IMG/VR virus record: IMGVR_UViG_3300044568_004391
Coordinates: 64,001-128,000 of that record
Source of the DNA: a virus
DNA: 64,000 bases
Direction: 5' to 3' (one strand)
Below, one piece after another: positions 58,100 through 64,000 of this stretch; position 1 is the first letter of the stretch, and each line of letters begins with the position of its first letter. The notes beneath the pieces were generated by a model. The model saw nothing but the letters and a program-made list of their open reading frames with translations, ran no database searches and had not been told where the DNA came from. A program made the translations under genes and the position numbers.

Positions 58100-58735
58100 A
58101 TGAAACATTTGATTTTTTTAATTCTATTCGTGTCTGCGACAAACATTCTAAAGTCACAAGCACCCTGTGATCTACATCTACAAGACGTAGAATTTAACTC
58201 ACAAACAACTAATCCACAACCAATTCTAACGATCCAAAATGTTGGAACTGAACCCATCACGACCGCTCAAATTCAATGGGGTCTCTTAGAAGATTCTCAA
58301 AGTATTTGGCCGTTCAGTTCTTCGGCGTGGGGTGGTGTTTTACAACCCGAAGAGGTTACAACACTTACTATGCCCGAAATCTCAATCCCTCAAGGTTCTT
58401 GGACCTACGTGTTCAGAATTATTGCATTAAATAATTTTAACCCCGCGTTTGGTCCTTGTGTGGGTATTGATGATCATCCTCTTGATAATATGTTGTTCGT
58501 TGAAATTCATGTGGATGAGAATGGTTGTGTTGACGATGATCAAGATGGGTTTTGTGATCAAGTTGTTTCGGTAGAAGAAGTAGAACTTATCGAAATGAAA
58601 ATTATTTCTGTAGAATATTTTGATTTGTTAGGAATAAGTATTAAATTCGAAGACTTAGAGCAAAATAGAATCTATATCAGAAGAACCACATTCGAAAATC
58701 GAGAAACCAAAATCCAAAAAATAATAAAAACATGA
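58100..58735 (+). CDS. exported CARDB-like protein with T9SS-like CTD
   Basis: Start MKHLIFL; signal peptide ending KS-Q; TIQNVGT; C-terminal YFDLLG..IYI..QKIIK. Confidence 0.6.
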   Translation: MKHLIFLILFVSATNILKSQAPCDLHLQDVEFNSQTTNPQPILTIQNVGTEPITTAQIQWGLLEDSQSIWPFSSSAWGGVLQPEEVTTLTMPEISIPQGSWTYVFRIIALNNFNPAFGPCVGIDDHPLDNMLFVEIHVDENGCVDDDQDGFCDQVVSVEEVELIEMKIISVEYFDLLGISIKFEDLEQNRIYIRRTTFENRETKIQKIIKT

Positions 58736-59043
58736 AAAACTTTCCCTTGTTGATTTTGTCAATCTTTTTGTTGTCCTCCTGTGCTGTTACATTGGAAGAA
58801 ATGCAATCAGAACCAAATGATTGGACAATTCAACCTGCATTTGTTTTAGATTGGGATGGTCAAACACCGGTCAACAGGTGGTGTTCAGTTATCGAACTTA
58901 ATAAATTGGACACAACAACGAATGGTGTTCCTTACATCATCAGAGAAGTTCTGGTTCAAGAAGGTGACAGCACTAAAAGAATTTTGGTGATCGAATCTCA
59001 GTTGGATGAAACCTATAAAATTACCAAAGAAATGTTTAGGTGA
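58732..59043 (+). CDS. lipoprotein
   Basis: Lipobox LSSC. Confidence 0.65.
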   Translation: MKNFPLLILSIFLLSSCAVTLEEMQSEPNDWTIQPAFVLDWDGQTPVNRWCSVIELNKLDTTTNGVPYIIREVLVQEGDSTKRILVIESQLDETYKITKEMFR

Positions 59044-61178
59044 GAATCATCTTATCTATATTATTTTTAATCTTAGGTGTAAATTTATATTCCCAATGTG
59101 ACGTTATTATCCAACCTGGGACACTCCAAAAGATAGATGTAAACCCTGGTGTTAAGTTCAGTTTCACAATAAAAAATAATGGAACTACACCTTTTCAAAA
59201 TGGGACATTCCATCTTTCTTTTGGGTGGTTGGATTCTCCAATGAATCCTCAATCTGTTTGGAATATGAATTTAAGTACTCCTATTCAACCGAATGGTACA
59301 CTACAAGTAACGTCACCTGTTTTCGATATTCCGGTTCCACAAAACGCAACAGAGTGGCCTTTTTGGGATGAAACCACAGGACCCAACGGTTGGCCAAACC
59401 CTAACTATGGTCCTTTGATGGTTTATTTAAATGGATGTTTTATAAATGCTCAAACCATAAATTCATTCCTCCCTTTGAGTGATGATTGTCCAAATATAAA
59501 TCAGGATCAATTTTGTGATTGTAATTTTGAGCTCTATGATTTCAGGACAGAACCCGAAATGCAATTAGATGTTGTTGTCCATAGTGATTATAATTGTTTT
59601 CCTGTAGGTTTTCCTCCTGGCCCCAATAGTTTTACAATTAACAATCCTGGTATATATAACATGACGATCGGTATAAACAGTTTGTTAGAAGACAACTGTG
59701 GACCATCTCCTGATCAAGGACATACTTATCTTCATTTTACATCATCTTATTTACCTGATTATGTTTTGGGAGATACGATCACTCTCGATTTAGACCAAGC
59801 ATCAAATTATTCATTAATAACATGTCTTCAAGAATCTTATAATCAAGGTAATTTTGATAATTGTTATGAGGTAGTTTTGTGGCAAATAAATAACAGTCTG
59901 AGTTTGATTTCACCAAACACATTCGAAGTAACAGTTGGTGACAATATAATTCGTGTGGATGAAAATTGTCAGACGGTTGTTGATGTTACTGACTTATCTA
60001 TTGATTCCTTTTCTTACGACATAATAGGGTGTGATGTAGGTTCGCCATATGCTGCTATGAACATCACACTATCCAACGAAGGTAATACAACTATAACCAA
60101 TTTCTGTTTGAATTTGGACATTCTTCCTGATGGTATACCTGGTGAACAATATTGTTTTTCTAATTTAAATATTTTACCTGGTCAAAGTTATGTCGTTGAA
60201 GTCAACGGAGGTTCATTATCAAATGGTGTTACTTCTATCTCAATTGAAACACCGAATGACGTAATTGTAACGAATAATACCTTCGTAACTATTATTGATT
60301 TACCTTGTTATGGTTGTACGATAAGTTCAGCAATAAACTACGATCCTTTCGCAACGGTTGATGACGGATCTTGTATTATGCCCGTTCCAGGTTGTTTGGA
60401 TCCTTTGGCGAATAATTATAATCCAAATGCAACGGTTGACGATGGTTCTTGTACTTATGATGTTCTTGGTTGTACCGATCCTTTAGCGAACAACTTCAAT
60501 CCTGATGCAAATACAGATGACGGATCTTGCTTATATGATGTCTTTGGATGTACTGATCCATCGGCAAATAATTATAACCCTAACGCAACTGTTGACGATG
60601 GTTCTTGTACTTACGACCCAATTTTGATTTTCGGATGTACTGACCCATTAGCAAATAACTATGATCCAAATGCCAATACTGATGATGGATCATGTAATTA
60701 TGATATTTTTGGTTGTACGGATCCCGAAGCAAATAACTACAACCCAAATGCGAACATAGAAGATGGATCTTGTACATACGATCCTGAAATTATATTTGGT
60801 TGTACCGATCCAACGGCCCTTAACTTTGATCCATTTGCAAACTCTGACGATGGGACTTGTATTTATGAAATTGATATTTGTGAGGAAGCGGATTTACATA
60901 CATTCGTACCAAATGTTATAACACCAAACAATGACGGATTAAACGATGTTTGGAGAGTGGTTACTCAGTCAGACTGTTGGAGAACTTGGAAAACTCAAAT
61001 CTATAACAGATGGGGTAGTTTGATCTGGGAATCTGAAGACCCCGATGCCGTGTGGAACGCAAGTAATAGTGGAAGTGTCTACTTTGTTTCCGATGGAATT
61101 TATGTGTATACTATTACAGGGGTCGCTTGGAATAACAAACCAATTCAAAAATCAGGTTACGTTACAATAATGAGGTAA
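59040..61178 (+). CDS. exported repeat protein with T9SS type-B (gliding-motility-associated) CTD
   Basis: Signal peptide; 7 GCTDPxAxNY repeats; FVPNVITPNNDGLNDVW..IYNRWG..DGIYVY..GYVTIMR. Confidence 0.85.
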   Translation: MRIILSILFLILGVNLYSQCDVIIQPGTLQKIDVNPGVKFSFTIKNNGTTPFQNGTFHLSFGWLDSPMNPQSVWNMNLSTPIQPNGTLQVTSPVFDIPVPQNATEWPFWDETTGPNGWPNPNYGPLMVYLNGCFINAQTINSFLPLSDDCPNINQDQFCDCNFELYDFRTEPEMQLDVVVHSDYNCFPVGFPPGPNSFTINNPGIYNMTIGINSLLEDNCGPSPDQGHTYLHFTSSYLPDYVLGDTITLDLDQASNYSLITCLQESYNQGNFDNCYEVVLWQINNSLSLISPNTFEVTVGDNIIRVDENCQTVVDVTDLSIDSFSYDIIGCDVGSPYAAMNITLSNEGNTTITNFCLNLDILPDGIPGEQYCFSNLNILPGQSYVVEVNGGSLSNGVTSISIETPNDVIVTNNTFVTIIDLPCYGCTISSAINYDPFATVDDGSCIMPVPGCLDPLANNYNPNATVDDGSCTYDVLGCTDPLANNFNPDANTDDGSCLYDVFGCTDPSANNYNPNATVDDGSCTYDPILIFGCTDPLANNYDPNANTDDGSCNYDIFGCTDPEANNYNPNANIEDGSCTYDPEIIFGCTDPTALNFDPFANSDDGTCIYEIDICEEADLHTFVPNVITPNNDGLNDVWRVVTQSDCWRTWKTQIYNRWGSLIWESEDPDAVWNASNSGSVYFVSDGIYVYTITGVAWNNKPIQKSGYVTIMR
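60309..60870 (+). repeat. 7 tandem 26-29 aa GCTDPxANNYxPxAxxDDGSC coding repeats
   Basis: Directly visible in the translation. Confidence 0.9.
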
Positions 61179-61841
61179 TTATTTTTTACCGAATTTGAAA
61201 CCTATGGGTTCTCTATCTGAATTTTTAGCAATAGAGATCATTCTTTCGAATCTTTCAATCTCATCGTCTATTATTGTTCTCATCATATAAAGAGTTTCCA
61301 AATCAGAATGATTTTGAACACAGTTGATGAATTCATCTGCAGAGAAATTACATTCTCCGTATGGCTTTTCCTCTACTTCCTCCGATGATTCATTAATATT
61401 ATTATTTTTTAATGGAATAACATCCTCTAATTCAACACCAGAAACAACAGAATCATAAGTTTCTGTATCGAAAGAAGATCCCTCCCAATATTCAAAGTCA
61501 CTGGAGTGAAAGTAATGTTCAACTTGTTCTTTATCGTAACCCTCTACGGTATCTTCATAATAAGTTCCTTGATACAGATTTTCTTTTACAACATAATGTA
61601 ACCTATAGAGTTTTTTTTCAGGAATTATTACGTTGTCTTCTGAAAGAGTGCCATCTATTATATTTTTTTTATTAATTTTTAATAAAGCTACTACAAACCA
61701 CTCATCCCAAAAGGGTACTGATTTTAAAATACTAGGTAAAGATTCTATTTCATATAAATCCCAAGTATTCCAAGTATCTTTGGTGATATGACCTTCACTA
61801 TATAATAAATTTAAATATTTAACAAGAACCTTCTTATTCAT
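61179..61841 (-). CDS. hypothetical protein, paralog of 34484
   Basis: Shared motifs; internal NINE site; TATTTAT at 61857-61863. Confidence 0.65.
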   Translation of the reverse strand: MNKKVLVKYLNLLYSEGHITKDTWNTWDLYEIESLPSILKSVPFWDEWFVVALLKINKKNIIDGTLSEDNVIIPEKKLYRLHYVVKENLYQGTYYEDTVEGYDKEQVEHYFHSSDFEYWEGSSFDTETYDSVVSGVELEDVIPLKNNNINESSEEVEEKPYGECNFSADEFINCVQNHSDLETLYMMRTIIDDEIERFERMISIAKNSDREPIGFKFGKK

Positions 61842-61863
61842 AACATATATTTGAATATAAATA

Positions 61864-62484
61864 TCACAAATATGTTTTGAGTGATGCTGAAAGTTGTGTT
61901 ACTTCTTGAATAAATTCTTGATTAAACTTTCCATCTGTAACAATTTCTGAAGGTATAGAACTGAATACCCAATCCATACATAGGATACCAATCAAATGGT
62001 TCTTATCATCGAACATCGGTGTTGCCACGTGGGACTTGGTTCCATTTCCTGTACATAGAGAACGAATTCCAATATCTTCGATTTCTTCCATATCCAAAAA
62101 GTAAGATTCATTCATCATAACTTGTTTCATATACCAAGCAAATAAACTAACAAGAACACCTTGATATTTTTCTGATTTTCTTTCCAACCCTTCAGAACAT
62201 CTTTCATAAGTGATTGATGCTTTTTGCATAGATGATTCGGTATAAAAATTTCCTCCGTTATGGAATTGCCAAATATAAATTCTATCTGCATGAAATTGTC
62301 TTCTTACATCTCTTAACGCTAAATGAATAATCTCATCTCTTTCGATCTGTTCCATCAAATCCTCTTTGGATTTGTCCTTTCTCTTCTTATCTTCTTTTTT
62401 TCTGAAATAATCTTTACCAATCAACGCAACAATTATTGATGTAATTGATGTCATAAAAATCACAAAATAATCATAGAATTCCAT
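61864..62484 (-). CDS. N-terminal TM + GAF-like domain protein (possible holin T-like)
   Basis: TM then ADRIYIWQFHNGG..SITYE..IGILCMDW; TATTTAT at 62503-62509. Confidence 0.5.
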   Translation of the reverse strand: MEFYDYFVIFMTSITSIIVALIGKDYFRKKEDKKRKDKSKEDLMEQIERDEIIHLALRDVRRQFHADRIYIWQFHNGGNFYTESSMQKASITYERCSEGLERKSEKYQGVLVSLFAWYMKQVMMNESYFLDMEEIEDIGIRSLCTGNGTKSHVATPMFDDKNHLIGILCMDWVFSSIPSEIVTDGKFNQEFIQEVTQLSASLKTYL

Positions 62485-62603
62485 CCCCAATAAATTTTAT
62501 TTATAAATATATCGGGATTTTATTAATTCTTGAAAATGACTAAATTTGTTTTAAAAGATAATGTATATGAACTTTGTTCGTCTTAATTTATAATTAATTC
62601 GTC

Positions 62604-62999
62604 TTATTTTTTATGACCAACATTCCACAACATATCAATTCCATAGGCATTACAGAAACCTTTTTCAGGTAGAATATCTTCATCCATATCGCCACCATTT
62701 GCAAATGCAATTTTCATGGTTGGATAGAGTTGTTTGACTTTTGTTAATAGATCTACAGCAGTTCCGTCCATATCGTTGAAATGAATTACTTCATCTATGT
62801 ACTTGACTGCACGGAGAATGTGGGACCTGTCAGCCCAACAATAATTTACTTTACCATTTTTTGAAACCAACCATTCGTCAGAATTCAATCCCAAGATGAC
62901 TTTATATCCCATATGTTTTGCGGCTCTGAATAGATTTATATGTCCTCTATGGATGGTATCAAAACCGCCAGAAATAACTACTATATCGTATGTTTTCAT
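62604..62999 (-). CDS. cytidylyl/adenylyltransferase (TagD/RfaE-II-like)
   Basis: SGGFDTIHRGH, GLNSDEWL and FANGGD motifs. Confidence 0.85.
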   Translation of the reverse strand: MKTYDIVVISGGFDTIHRGHINLFRAAKHMGYKVILGLNSDEWLVSKNGKVNYCWADRSHILRAVKYIDEVIHFNDMDGTAVDLLTKVKQLYPTMKIAFANGGDMDEDILPEKGFCNAYGIDMLWNVGHKK

Positions 63000-63036
63000 T
63001 TTAAAACTAAGAGGTCAGTTGTAACCGACCATTTTG

Positions 63037-63123
63037 CGGAGAGAGAGGGATTCGAACCCCCGGTACCCTTTCAGGTACGTCTGATTTCAAGTCAGGTGCA
63101 TTGAACCGCTCTGCCATCTCTCC
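63037..63123 (-). tRNA. tRNA-Ser (anticodon UGA), CCA not encoded
   Basis: GGAGAGA acceptor stem, loop CTTGAAA, long variable arm GTACC-TGAAAG-GGTAC, GGTTCGAATCC, discriminator G. Confidence 0.93.
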
Positions 63124-63130
63124 TGAAAAA

Positions 63131-63478
63131 TCACAACTCTTCGATTCGTTTTGCTTTGTCGTCTATCACAAGATCGAAATGAGGTTTGTGTTCTCCACCA
63201 CACTTAAGATAGTTGAACTTACATCCCCAGTCAACAAGTTGCTTTAATGTAAATTCAGTATAATCTAAACCTGAGGTAGACCCTCTCGCCGTCCAATAAA
63301 CTACAATCCAACCCTCCTCGAAGAGTTTGTTGATTTTTTTTATGTTGTCAAAGTTGGGTTCTGCCAAGTCATACCGACGAATACCTGAATAAAAACAAAT
63401 GGTTTCATCAATATCAACGAACGCTGTTTTAGCATTTCCCTCCTCTGTGAATCTTTTTGACTCTTGAAATTCTATCAT
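63131..63478 (-). CDS. HAD-superfamily phosphatase (short)
   Basis: VDIDETI, WTARG and KP..DLVIDDKA motifs. Confidence 0.8.
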   Translation of the reverse strand: MIEFQESKRFTEEGNAKTAFVDIDETICFYSGIRRYDLAEPNFDNIKKINKLFEEGWIVVYWTARGSTSGLDYTEFTLKQLVDWGCKFNYLKCGGEHKPHFDLVIDDKAKRIEEL

Positions 63479-63824
63479 CTTTTCTGTGATTCTTATAGTT
63501 GTTTATGAGTGTTGAAATATTTAATCTTCCGACGGGGTTAGAACTCTGAATTCCGTAAGGTGGAGGATTGAGATTATTATCCAAACAATACTCCACCATC
63601 CAAATTGCCGCATCATACCCCGTCTTTTCTTTTTTGGTCTCACCCAAGTCGTGGTCAAAACAAACCCCGTCGGGAAGCCCATTTATCTTAATCCATGAAA
63701 TAAACTCTTTGTAATTCTTAACCCATGTAACTTCAACATCTGTTCCAATAGGTGAGAACGAGAGCCAGTTCATATTAGGATCTAAAGGATTTCTCAAATC
63801 ATCGAGCCAAAGTAGTTTTTTCAT
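63429..63824 (-). CDS. cyclic-phosphate-processing receiver-like domain protein
   Basis: LWLDDLR, CFDHDLG, TGYD and SSNPVG motifs. Confidence 0.75.
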   Translation of the reverse strand: MKKLLWLDDLRNPLDPNMNWLSFSPIGTDVEVTWVKNYKEFISWIKINGLPDGVCFDHDLGETKKEKTGYDAAIWMVEYCLDNNLNPPPYGIQSSNPVGRLNISTLINNYKNHRKDDRISRVKKIHRGGKC

Positions 63825-64000
63825 TGGGGTAGTTGTTAGAGGACGTAAAGGTAAGTATTTGAATCCAAAAAAACAAAACCTTTAACAAAATAAAATTACC
63901 AAAAGTGTCAATGTTATTACTCCGATCATAGCATAATATGCTGTGTCTTCGGAAAATTTAATCTGTCTATCCCTCGTGCTTTTCGACATCAGAATTTTTG

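Noticed and set aside
2699-60777. Numerous short antisense or alternate-frame ORFs in the track (e.g. 2699, 4436, 6085, 10509, 19731, 37766, 55081, 57195)
   Set aside because: They lie within well-supported genes and show no motifs or expression signals.
63037-63123. Selenocysteine or opal-suppressor tRNA, or genetic-code reassignment
   Set aside because: The anticodon reads UGA (decodes Ser UCA), not UCA, and known genes end normally at TAA, TGA or TAG.
1-64000. Cellular chromosome or eukaryotic giant virus origin
   Set aside because: Isolated metabolic genes sit among many short orphan genes without housekeeping operons, which argues against a chromosome; bacterial promoters, intrinsic terminators, lipoboxes and T9SS tags argue against a eukaryotic virus. 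Not formally excluded, because no virion hallmark gene is in the window.

Overview
This is an AT-rich, gene-dense window in the standard genetic code. It is best read as an accessory region of a large (jumbo/huge) phage infecting Bacteroidota. The support is Bacteroidota-type TAnnTTTG promoters, T9SS C-terminal sorting domains, lipoboxes, a phage-type lysozyme, holin-like genes, auxiliary metabolic genes (pckA, GS-II, purA, an AsnRS-like catalytic domain), umuDC, a ~12 kb glycan-synthesis cluster and one tRNA-Ser. No capsid, terminase or replicative polymerase gene lies in the window, so the phage call is an inference. Main unexplained structures: (1) About 20 otherwise unrelated proteins begin with a short helical leader ending in [ILV]-x-E. 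Nearly all sit behind a TATTTAT motif, often just after a conserved CCCCTC/GAGGGG terminator. In paralog pairs, DNA similarity stops at that Glu. This suggests a modular capsid-targeting, protease-cleaved 'leader + swappable cargo' system. (2) A ~790-nt highly structured non-coding RNA (GOLLD-like) with three promoter candidates and its own terminator. (3) A near-perfect chromosomal parS site within a palindrome-rich non-coding block near a strand switch. (4) Phage-encoded T9SS cargo, three M43 proteases, lipoproteins and a beta-barrel protein, pointing to host-surface remodelling. (5) Four mosaic LRR-like proteins with 5, 6, 7 and 8 repeats. All family calls come from motif recognition by eye; no database searches were run.
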